NCBI RefSeq assembly: GCF_006345805.1
Contig: NC_042998.1
Span: 109,058,001 to 109,122,000, forward strand
DNA: 64,000 nt
Direction: 5' to 3'
From: Octopus sinensis
Taxonomy: Eukaryota
Positions 53,068 to 64,000 of the stretch are shown here, piece after piece (the stretch's first letter is position 1; each line of letters begins with the position of its first letter). A model generated the notes under the pieces. The model searched no databases. It saw only the letters and a program-made list of their open reading frames with translations, and was not told where the DNA came from. The translations under genes were made by a program, and so were the position numbers.

Positions 53068-53419
53068 ATGCTTATACATTTCAAAAAAGAAATCTCACGA
53101 TATAACCTGAGGCATTTTGCATATTAAAGCGAGCTCATAATCATTTATTTGAAAATGCACTACGCTTTTCACAGTCTATGCCATATGTAACAGGTTGAAT
53201 ATTCGTCAATTGTCATGCATATATTTAGAATTTAGGTTAGGGATATGCATAAACACAGAGAGAGAGAAAAATGCACACACACACATGCACACACAAACAC
53301 GCACACACACACAGAAATATATATATATTTATATATACACACACCACACATTTATTTACATATACACCAATCTAGATCCATATGTATGTTCTCTTCTGTT
53401 TTTAATTATTTAAATCCTT

Positions 53420-54968
53420 CCCCTGAGGAAGGAGCTGGTTTCTAACAAAGGTACAAAGCTTCATCGTTTGAATGTAGATAAAGAAAACAAAGTCACATTT
53501 TAAACTTGAGAAATGTCTTGCCTGTTTTTACTCTTTCTCTTACAGATTGTATTTGAAACGTGCGAATAAGACTGACAGTTAGGTATTTAGTCACAAATCC
53601 AAGTGTGCCAATTATTATTGGTATAAATGTAAATTTGAAATCGGGATATAGAAGTTGGAGTTTTCGAAGCAGTTGTCTATAGTTATCCTCTTTCTCTTTG
53701 GTTTTCAAAGAGATATTCACATCAGTAGAGCAGCTCATTTCAATATCGGTACACACTTTTTTTTTTTGCCTATCAAAGAAAAGAAATAATAAAACAATAT
53801 CCGGTCTGGTGTTCTCAGATGTTTCGATGAGAAATGTTCCACTCGTAATCCTTGTGTCGATGCTTGTGTCCATATTCAATAAAAGGGGTATTTTCTATAT
53901 TATTGCAAGAGGGACTTTTTGTGGATGGCATTGTATATTGTTTTTTGCAAGGGAGGTAGTATCACATAAGAAGATTGTACCTTGATGACATTTTTGGACA
54001 GCTACTATATTATATATGTGATGTCTTCAACATAAATATAACATAATCTACATTTTCGATTGCATCTTGGAACTCCAACAGCTTCACTGTCTCTTGTTTA
54101 TTACGCGTTTAGTAGTAATCTCTTGTTCTTAGATTGCTGATGAATAACTTTCGAAGTGTGATGTGATGTAGCTGTCACTAGTTCGGTACCTTATAAAGAT
54201 TTTACGGATCTCTCCATCCATATGCTGCATGTCAGTGAGACTGCACCTAATGATATCGAAGCTATATGTGGTTGCTTGTATGGCCAAAGAATTGATCGCA
54301 TTAATTCTGTTAGCAGCATTTAATTCTGAGTTTATGACGATTCTTACCCTTCGGTAGCATTCCTTGCGGATTTTCTCTTTAATTTTAGAGTGCTGGATAC
54401 CATCACCGTCATTGGTTCCCAGATATTTGTATACTTCGGACTGGTTTAGGTTTCGAATAGCTGTGGTAGTATCAAGGTGTATGTTTTCTGCCTTTATGAA
54501 CTTCCCTGCCTTGAAAGTAGCATTTGCACATTTATCAAGTCCGAATTCCATACCTATATCAGAGCTGAATTCTTTGACAATATTCAGGAGTTCTTCTAAT
54601 TTTTCGTCGTTTTCGGTAAACAGTTTTGGATCATCCATATAGAGTAGATGATTAATTTTCTGGTCAAAGATCTTATACCCTCTCTTAGCATTATTCAGTT
54701 GCGTGGATAATGGGAACAGGTCGAGGTAGAATAGTAATGATGATAATGAATCACCTTGAAAGATACCATAGGTGATATTGATGTCTGGTGATGTGGTGTA
54801 TCCTTGTGTATGGTTTAAAATAAGGGTAGTTCTCCATGAATTCATGACTACTTAAGAGAGTTTCATAATTTTTGGAGCTATCTTGTAAATTTTCAGAGCC
54901 TTGACGATCCATGCATGAGGGACACTGTCAAAAGCCTTCTTCTAATCCATCCAAGACGTGCTAAGGTT
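53420..54968 (-). mobile_element. R4/Dong-clade non-LTR retrotransposon, 5'-truncated with internal deletion (RT + RLE)
   Basis: KKAFDSVPHAWI, GIFQGDSLS.LLF, HLLYMDD.KLF, IGMEFGLDKCA, YKYLG; RLE region RPDIV...IEMSC..DVNI..K.KEK...FIPIIIGTLG. Confidence 0.9.
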
Positions 54969-54992
54969 GTTGTTGTTATTATTATTATTATA

Positions 54993-55049
<57 letters not shown>

Positions 55050-55072
55050 CATCATCATCATCATCATCATCA

Positions 55073-55134
<62 letters not shown>

Positions 55135-55192
55135 ATTATTATTATTTATTATTATTATTATATTATTATTATATATTATTATTATTATTATT
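54965..55192. repeat. (TTA/TCA)n microsatellite abutting the R4/Dong 5' truncation
   Basis: Read directly from the sequence. Confidence 0.95.
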
Positions 55193-55420
55193 TGTCTAAA
55201 GCTCACAGCTTATTTTCCTGAGTATAATGGAAAATGTTAGCTGCCACAGATAGCAGACTAAGGTAACACTTCTTTACTAGTCATGCTTCAAAACGCTTAC
55301 GAAGTATTCTGCTCACGGAAGAGAACAAGTTCTCATTGTTAAAATTTCAAACTTCACAACATTGCACCATTGCTATAACGACAAACAAGAGTAGCAGTAA
55401 AAGCAGCACCAGCACCAGCG

Positions 55421-55770
55421 AAGGTGCAATGGTCCAATGGTTAGGGCAGTGGACTCGCGGTCGGAGGACCGCGGTTTCGATTCTCAGACCGGACGTTGCG
55501 TGTGTTTATTGAGCGAAAACACCTAAAGCTCCACGAGGCACCGGCAGGGGGTGGTGACGACTCCCGTTGTACTCTTTCACCCCAACTTTCTCTCACTCTT
55601 TCTTCCTGTTTCTTGTCCCCGACTTCCTACGCAACCGCTGAGCCTGGATACGCATTTATCCATCTGTCGATGCTCTCGGTGTCGGGGTTGACCTGCTTTC
55701 TTTTCTGCGGGTCTTACGAATAGCAAAGGATCACGGTTCGGACCGCTCGGACCAGACCGCTCACTAGCAA
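55421..55770 (+). mobile_element. GC-rich tRNA-derived SINE
   Basis: A box TGGTCCAATGG (55430-55440), B box GGTTTCGATTC (55473-55483), body of about 290 nt. Confidence 0.8.
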
Positions 55771-56666
55771 CAGCAACCAGCACCAGCAACATCAACAACA
55801 TTAACAAGAATAACACCTTCAGTAGCAATGGTAACAAAAGCAATACTGGCGGTTGCAGTAGCGGCATTTAGCAGCAGGAACAGCAATAACTGCAACAATG
55901 ACCTTTAAGACAGCAGTTGAAGTTACTGCAGTTACAGTGGGGTCAGCAGTAACAACTGTAACATCAGCAAAAACGATAGCAGCCACGAAAGCAATAATCC
56001 TGGCAGAACACAAAGAAACAACACCACGAACTGCAACAACATTAACAAGTCTTCCTTCGCTTGGAGTAGTCTCTACAAGCGAACTATACAGTTTCTCCTC
56101 AGCAGTCGAGTGGACAAATTCTGAAGACGCTCCCCGATATAAGGAAAGTGAAAGGAAAATAGAAGAGCTTATGTCTCTTCTGAAACTTTAGTTGCAACTA
56201 CCAGAAAAGCTGTTGTCTATCGCTGTATGTGTTTAACAACACGTCGCTTGGAAACGGACAAGAACATACTCATAACAAGGGTCCTCCACGATGTATATCA
56301 CCTTGAATTATGTAATAGGGTATTTTCAATCATTCATCACTCTCTGCAACATCTCTGAAATTCTGTAAAATGCAAAGATCTATGTGTAATTAGATGATAA
56401 AAGGAGAAATATGACCTTCATCTCAATGTTTTGTATACCAGAAATATCAATTTAGTACGTTCCAATTTTAGGTAGGTATGCTTGAGAAAGAAAGAAAGAA
56501 AGAGAGAGACAGACAGACAGACATACAGACAGACAGACAGAGAATAAGGGAGATGGAGAGACAGACAGAAAAAAACAGGCAGAATGAGATTGACTATGCA
56601 TAAGTGCGTCTGTATATTTGTGTTCTTTGTGTGTTTGTACCCTATGTGTGTGTGTGTGTGTGTGTG

Positions 56667-56699
<33 letters not shown>

Positions 56700-59669
56700 A
56701 TTTGCGCATGATGCTGGTATCTGTGTGTGCTCGTTTGAGTACTGCGCACACACACGGGTGAAGGGACAGGCAGTGTCTATGACACTTTACATAATCTCCG
56801 AGACTGATAGAAGGAAGGGAGACGGTACTCTAGAGCTGGAGACCTAGATCGAATACGTGTAGCTAAGCGAAATTCTTCGCTAAAGGTATTCGAGATGCCA
56901 GGTAGATCCGAGCGACAGATTAAATCTGCAACGCAAAAACGTAACGTTACTAGATATATATGGTATGCTTGTGTATATGATAGTTAAAAGGTGTTACTAA
57001 GTAGCTTATACTCAAAAAGGCGCTATTATAATATTAGACTGAATACCATTTATACTATAAAAACTGCATGATACTAGCCTGGTAACAATTAGTTACATTA
57101 TCATTATAGCAAGCTGTTTTTAGACAGTGTTTGGAAGAATGGGTAGAGCAGAGGAGAAAAATTCTGCTGGATTTAATAATGCTCCTTTATGTTCTGAGTC
57201 ATCTCTGCATTCTAGAGTCGATTAAAATAAGCGTTGGTCAGATACAGGAGTCGAAGCAATTGACTGCAACTATAAATGTGTGGCCTTGTACTTGTTAGAA
57301 ATCTTTAACATCCACTCGTAAAAATGTTCTTTCTACTTTTCATGATTGTCTATATATATCTTCCTAGATGATATTTGAAAAATGATTAACCTTTCATAAG
57401 TTTATATAATAATGTATATATATGGAAACACATTAGTTTCTCATTATATTCGTGAACTGAAAGATATTCTGTCTTTGTAGTTAAACAGAAATAAAGAGCA
57501 AGTATAACAGCAGCTGAACTTGATGGCGTACAACGGGTCACCTTTAATCTAGACTGAGCGGAGAGTAGTATGGTTGGAGATAAATAGAATATATATTAGA
57601 TCATCAATGAAATAAAACATGTTGCTGAGCTAATGGCATAATTCATGAGCGTTAAACAAAGGATGTGATTTCACTTTCTTATATCCAAGTAACAATATGA
57701 CTATAAGGATTTATAAATACTGCATATGCGTATATGTGTTTGTATAAGCGTGTATGTGTTGCAGCATCGATTGTCTTTATGAAATTTACTTTTTTATTGG
57801 CTTTTCAACTCGAGTACCGTGTGGCAAAATGTGAATTGAAATTACATTCATTTACGTTTTACGATAATATATCTACCTTAATACTCTTACAAATTCAGTA
57901 CCTAGCTTTAAAGTTGTTTTCAAATCAACTAAACAATTTAGATATAAATAATGCGAAAGCAATTTTCTCCATTGCTAATCATATATGCCTCTCTAACTGC
58001 AATAAATTTTCCAAGTTACTTCTATCATTAACAAATCTAAATTTCCTAAAATTCAGATATTAAATAAAATCAGATGTTGAACATCTTGAAAGATTTAAGG
58101 AATTTTTCCTAATACTTATCATGGGAGGAAAAGATTGAGTGGCCTACTGGACGGGCTTAATAATTATCCTTAAATTAAAATCATTCTGTATGGAAGTATT
58201 TCAGTGGATATACTCACAGATTCTTTCATGATAAATGTATATTCAAAAGAATCATAGGTCATTCTGAAGTGGAATCACTTGACATTTGAGCTTTTTTTAA
58301 AATCCCTCTCAAGACAGGAGAAACATTGAACAAAGAAAGTAAAAGAAGTAATGTGATGATATACAGGTTTAGGTCCGTTCCCATATTTAAATTTGTTTTG
58401 TTTTTTAATGTTAAGGAACAGCAAAATATTGAAGTTCATTCAATCGATTATAGATTATATAACTTTTTTCGTGTCAAAAGTTATAGTGATAAAGAGAGAA
58501 GTCGTGTGTTAAAGAACTTATGCATATACATCGATATACACGTGTGTGCATACATGTGCATGAATACAGGCGGTGCTCCAGCATGCCTACAGTTCTACGA
58601 CTGAAACCACTAAAAGAAAGAAAAGAATATTCATACACACACACGCGCGCGCGCGCACACACACGCACACACACACACACACGTACACAAGCGCGCGCGC
58701 GCAAAAGAAACCGAAACTTTGAAGTCATGCTTTCAAATATATGTATAAATATATACACGGTGCGTTGCCGAAAAATATTGAGTCATTTTTCTATTTCATG
58801 ACCAAATGTTCTTATATATAACTCCTCGACATAAAAATAAACATCAATCTCTCTTTCTCCATCTTTCTGTTCGTATGTATACATACACACACACACATAT
58901 ATATATATACGAATATGTATACGTGTGTGTGTACTTATGGACGCGTAAGCAAAGACATACGCATAAGGAAGAAGAAATATAGATATAGAAAGCAAAACCC
59001 AAAGAAAAGCAAGGTTTTGAGTAACATATTACTAAGCAAAAATGCAATATATATTTACATGCAAATGAGGATGCATCTTTATGAAAATGTGAAAAAAAAA
59101 AACAGAACCTAAACGGTAAAGTTCTCACCTATTTAAAAATATAACAGAAGCCAACTTAGAGTCGCTATGTAGCTGCTCGACCTGCTAGAGATAGCAGCGA
59201 AATTTCCTTGGTTTTTTTATAGTTCAATTTATACTATTCGTTAGAAAAAGGTTAAAAAAAATAATTATGGCTAAATGCGTTTGAACATATACCTACCCAT
59301 CAGGGCTGACAAGATGCTAAACAAAAGCTATAACTAGTTTTCTTCTGATGAATTTGATTGTTAGGCTTAATTTTCCTTCATTTTATTCTTTCACTTCTAA
59401 TAAGGATTAATGTTTTATTATATGACAGTATGAAGAAATAAAAAAATATATAAGATGAAATTTTTTTATGATCGAACGTTGTTATAATTCCTCACAGATT
59501 ATAGGATTTAACTGTCGTTCTATTAGCTTTTTCTCTGAAGATAGGTCAGTCAGCAACTGATGTTAAAAGATACTAACACGTTATAACTTGTTGGTGCTTG
59601 GTACTATTGTTTTCTGAATAAAAACAGAATATAGTCGTTGATTTGCTAAGTCAACCTGACAAGCTGGTG

Positions 59670-60911
59670 CTATAAAATTTTGCATGTGCGATTATTTATA
59701 TCTCTATAGAATAAGTGACAAATTACAGCTCTGAACTAATTGTGGTTTCTGATTTACAGGTGTTTGAACTGAGTCAAGTGTGAAATGGAGCCTGTTGAGT
59801 GTCGAGCAGTGATCCGGATTTTGTATTTGAAAGGACGCACACCACGGGAGACTTTTGATGAAATGAAAGTAACTTATGGTGATGATGCCCCATCATATGA
59901 CCTTGTAAAACGCTGGTATCGTGAATTCAAACATGGTCGGAACTCTGTGGAAACAGCTTCCAGATCTGGTCGCCCCGCTTCTGCCATTGATGAGGCATCT
60001 GTCCGTCAAGTTGAGGCTACCATTCTGGAAGATCGACGCATAATTATTCGCCAAATAGCCCATGAGGTCAAGATTAGTACCGGGTCTGTGGAAACTATCA
60101 TTCATGACCATTTGCATATGCATAAGGTGTCTGCCAGATGGATTCCCAGGTTGCTCACGCCTTTCCAGAAGCAAGAACGCGTCGAGTGCTCGAGAATGAA
60201 TTTGGAGATGTGCCAAGAAGATGAGTCAAAATTTTTCAAAAGACTGATTACACAGGATGAAACCTGGGTCCATCACGATGATCCAGAGACCAAAGCCCAG
60301 TCAATGCAGTGGAAGCACCGTGACTCACCCCCTCCAAAAAAGGCAAGGGTGCAGCCCTCCGCTGGTAAGGTCATGCTCACAGTCTTCTGGGACCAGGACG
60401 GAGTAGTGATGACAGATTTCCTGGCAAAAGGTACCACAATTACAGGAATCTATTATGCTTCACTTTTGAGGAAATTAAGAGAAGTTATCAAAATCAAGAG
60501 GCGGAGCAAGATCAGCAAAGGCATCCTCCTCCTGCAGGACAACGCTCCGGTCCACAACTCGCTTGTCGCCAGATCAGAAGCACAGGCGTATGGCTATGAA
60601 CTCCTCTCCCATCCCCCTACTTTCCTGACCTTGCACCCTCTGATTTTCCCCTCTTCCCAGTCATGAAGTTGTTTTTGAAAGGAAAGCGTTTCCCAGATGA
60701 TGCAGCCTTGATTTCTGAAGTCATGTTCAGGTTGGAGGACCAAGCTGGGGTCTTCTACAAAAACGGTCTCCAGAGCTGCATCAAACGATGGGAGAAATGC
60801 GTAACTCTGGGTGGTACCTATGTAGAAAAAGACTAATAACTGTGCCAAGTTTCGTTGCTCTACTGCTATGGGAAGTGGGTCAGGGGCATTACTTATTGAA
60901 CGCCCCTCGTA
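59670..60911 (+). mobile_element. Mariner (DD34D) DNA transposon; right TIR present, left TIR not found
   Basis: Right end ...acttattgaacgcccctcg (to 60909) plus TA at 60910-60911. I found no matching TACGAGGGGCGTTCAATAAGT upstream. Confidence 0.92.
59785..60836 (+). pseudogene. Mariner transposase with a single frameshift near 60615
   Basis: HTH region, WIPRLL (WVPHEL-like), TQDETW, QDNAPVH. Restoring one C in catccccctac gives HPPYFPDLAPSD (D34D spacing) and reads to GGTYVEKD* (TAA ends at 60836). Confidence 0.92.
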
Positions 60912-61523
60912 TATAGAGAGTTACAGCTATGTTTAGCTACGTAGCCATATTCATAGGTATGTAGTGGCTGTCGTATGTAGTCGCAGTCATTGATATATAG
61001 TCATAGAAGTAGCTACATACTCGCAGTTTGAGTTATATAGCCGTAGTCATAACAATATAGTTACAGTCATAAGTATATGGTCGCCATTCATAACTATGTA
61101 GTTGCAGTGATGACTAATTAGCCGTAGTCATTGCAAATACGTTTCATGCTTCCATGTAGAGGATTTTTTAATGTTTTATCAATTTTAACTTCTTTTATTC
61201 TTCAGTGTCAGTTATGTAATATGCTATTTAAAAAAAGATCAAATATTTCTTTTTATTCTCTATACCAAATAGAAAATACATGCGCATATGTGTACTTACA
61301 TATACAGGTACATGCAAACACATGCACTTGTGTATATTTGTACACACACACACACACACACACACCACACACACACACACATGTCACCTATATTGCTAAG
61401 AGCAATATATTGCTATATGGGAAACTAATGGTAACTTTCTAACCGGCCATGATCAACGAGTACATAGAGTATTACTGCTCAAAAACGCTTCAATGTGCTT
61501 TTGGAATAATGACAACTGACTGA

Positions 61524-61618
<95 letters not shown>

Positions 61619-61698
61619 TGTGTATATGTATGCATATATATATGTATGTATATATCTATGTCTATGATTGTATTATATATATATACATACATATGTAT

Positions 61699-61763
<65 letters not shown>

Positions 61764-61765
61764 TA

Positions 61766-62710
61766 TTAATCAATATAGGGTGGCAAAAAATATTTTGTAG
61801 AATTTTTTTGCCACCAGCGGCCTAGTGGGAAAAAATTAAATAGTCATAGACCATTTTTAAGTTCAACATCACAATCAAGGAACGGCCATAATAGGCCATT
61901 CACCCACTAGAAATAACAGCCAAAGCTTCAACCGCAAAATAACATTAATTCCGTAAACCAGGAGAAAATTAAAAAACATTTACCCTGTAATTTCTTATAC
62001 GATGCACAGTTTCATCTACTGTTTAATGGTAAACTAACCTGATTAAATTAAATCAAGCCAATCTTCCATAGGCCCTTAGAATCGTCAGTAAGAAATAGCC
62101 AGATCGGAACAGATATTTTCACGAGGCATTTCTGTCCCTGCCTCGGCAATATCTGACCTAAAATTTTCAAATCATCGCACTCGCGCCAAATTTATCGGCA
62201 GCAAATAAATATAAGCCGCCGATTCCATTACGGAATTACCCAGAAAATTCATAATTAATCAATATAGGGTGGCAAAAAATTTTTTGTAGAATTTTTTTGC
62301 CACCAGCGGCCAAGTGGGAAAAAATTAAATAGTCATAGACCATTTTTAAGTTCAACATCACAATCAAGGAACGGCCATAATAGGCCATTCACCCACTAGA
62401 AATAACAGCCAAAGCTTCAACCGCAAAATAACATTAATTCCGTAAACCAGGAGAAAATTAAAAAACATTTACCCTGTAATTTCTTATACGATGCACAGTT
62501 TCATCTACTGTTTAATGGTAAACTAACCTGATTAAATTAAATCAAGCCAATCTTCCATAGGCCCTTAGAATCGTCAGTAAGAAATAGCCAGATCGGAACA
62601 GATATTTTCACGAGGCATTTCTGTCCCTGCCTCGGCAATATCTGACCTAAAATTTTCAAATCATCGCACTCGCGCCAAATTTATCGGCAGCAAATAAATA
62701 TAAGCCGCCA
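61766..62710 (+). repeat. Tandem duplication, period 489 bp, each unit starting with a hairpin
   Basis: caatatagggtggcaaaaaa at 61771 and 62260; GGTGGCAAAAAA...TTTTTTGCCACC palindrome at the start of each unit. Confidence 0.93.
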
Positions 62711-62856
62711 AATTAAATATAACAAATTAAATATAACAGTTTGAGTTTGAAATACAATATATATATATGAAGATAATTTTATAATTTCGTTAAACCGAAG
62801 AGTAAAAATAGGACTGCAGATGGAAGTGCTCAGGTAACACCGAGGCGAAAGGAGAA

Positions 62857-63620
62857 ATAAATTGAAAGGTATAATGAATAAACGCTCTCATTGGTCAACA
62901 CAACTTTATAACAGTCCCATATTATTATATATCGAATATAAATATTTATTAAAACATCAGGGTATCCGGTGGTAAAACCCAATAAAAAAAATATACAAAT
63001 ACGTACGAATAAAAGGTGATTAAACCTAAAAGAGTAATACGAGTGAAGATGACTAGAGGAAAATATATGGATTAAATTAATGTATAATAAAAGCGAATAA
63101 AATTTTAAAGCAATGAAACTAAAATAGTATAAGTATAAACATAAATATAAAGGGCAAAGTGATAACCAGAAAATTGTTCATTCAAAACCATCCCCACGAT
63201 CGTTTCAAAAGATGTTGCCTCATTTATTCAATGTAAAGCTCTTAATGGTTTTTACATGGACGAAATGAGGCAACTTCTTTTGAAACGTTCGTAGAGATGG
63301 ATTTGAATGGATTCTTTCTGATTACTACTTTACCTTTTATTTTTATATTCATATCATTTCAGTTACATTGCCTTAAATTTTTAGTCACTTTTATTATGCA
63401 TTAATTTAATCCATATATTTTTCTTCATTCGACTTCGCTCTTATTAACCTTTTAGGTTTTATTACTTTTATTCGTATATTTGTGTATTTTTTATACTATT
63501 GTGTTTTATTATTGCCCTGATGTTATAATATATATTTATATTCAATTTAGGATAATATGGGAGTGATATAAAGTTGTTTTGACCAATTAGAGCGTTTATT
63601 CATTATACCTTTCAATTTAT
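62857..63620. repeat. Long diverged foldback (about 760 bp), centre near 63240
   Basis: ataaattgaaaggtataatgaataaacgctct pairs with agagcgtttattcattatacctttcaatttat; catttgttgcctcattt-like inner arm ttgcctcattt pairs with aaatgaggcaa. Confidence 0.88.
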
Positions 63621-63643
63621 ATATATATATATTACGGAGATGT

Positions 63644-63871
63644 TCTTGCATAGCAAGTGACCTGATCTGAGATTGTGTGCTGGAACGAAAACAGTTGCAG
63701 CATGGAAAGTGTTTATAAGCCATTTATAAGCACGGAATTTTGTCAGTGAACAGGTTGCGGTCTCAAAGCGACGAAAATATTTTGACAAATTATATTTAAA
63801 TGTTGAAGTGAATTTAATGGTTTTGTGTATTTCTTAAATGGCTTATAAACACCTTCCACGCTGCAGTTGTT

Positions 63872-63916
<45 letters not shown>

Positions 63917-64000
63917 GCAATTGCAGCGTGGAAGGTGTTTACAAGCCATTTAAGAAACACACAAAAACCGTTAGATTCACTTCAACATTTAAATCTAATT
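63644..64000. repeat. Self-inverted repeat family carrying the G3-C8 hammerhead; inverted second copy runs off the window
   Basis: 63691-63727 is inverted to 63834-63872; 63918-64000 is inverted to about 63787-63872 across (TA)n. A diverged relative lies at about 11350-11500. Confidence 0.8.
63739..63789 (+). ncRNA. Minimal hammerhead-like motif, G3-C8 core variant
   Basis: TTTGTCA-GTGAACA-G-GTTGC ggtctcaaa GCGAC-GAAA-ATAT-TT-TGACAAA. Stem I 7 bp, stem II 5 bp with one G-U, palindromic stem III AAATATTT, UUU triplet. Confidence 0.68.

Noticed and set aside
59758-59787. In-frame HCN-mariner (SETMAR-like) fusion via the acceptor at 59759
   Set aside because: With the phase-1 HCN donor the read is GGT GTT TGA, out of frame with the transposase.

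Overview
This is AT-rich animal genomic DNA, not prokaryotic. The SINE families and dense microsatellites look like an octopod cephalopod (Octopus-like), an assignment from pattern recognition only. I found one host coding exon in 64 kb: a 164-bp exon (23790-23953, + strand) encoding S1-S2 of an HCN (Ih) channel, so the rest is most likely two very large introns. The introns hold a near full-length Penelope-like element (PLE, about 41505-46546) with direct pseudo-LTRs, two further PLE relics, CR1-group and R4/Dong LINE fragments, a nearly intact DD34D mariner, a hAT MITE with an 8-bp TSD, a probable Gypsy LTR plus PBS, tRNA-derived SINEs, foldbacks and tandem duplications. The most notable observation is a set of minimal type-I hammerhead ribozyme (HHR) motifs from several repeat families. 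Together they show all four Watson-Crick combinations at the tertiary core pair 3-8: C-G, U-A, A-U and G-C. Five of them lie on the HCN sense strand. Folds were read by eye and no activity is demonstrated. Most short ORFs in the supplied track are microsatellite artefacts.
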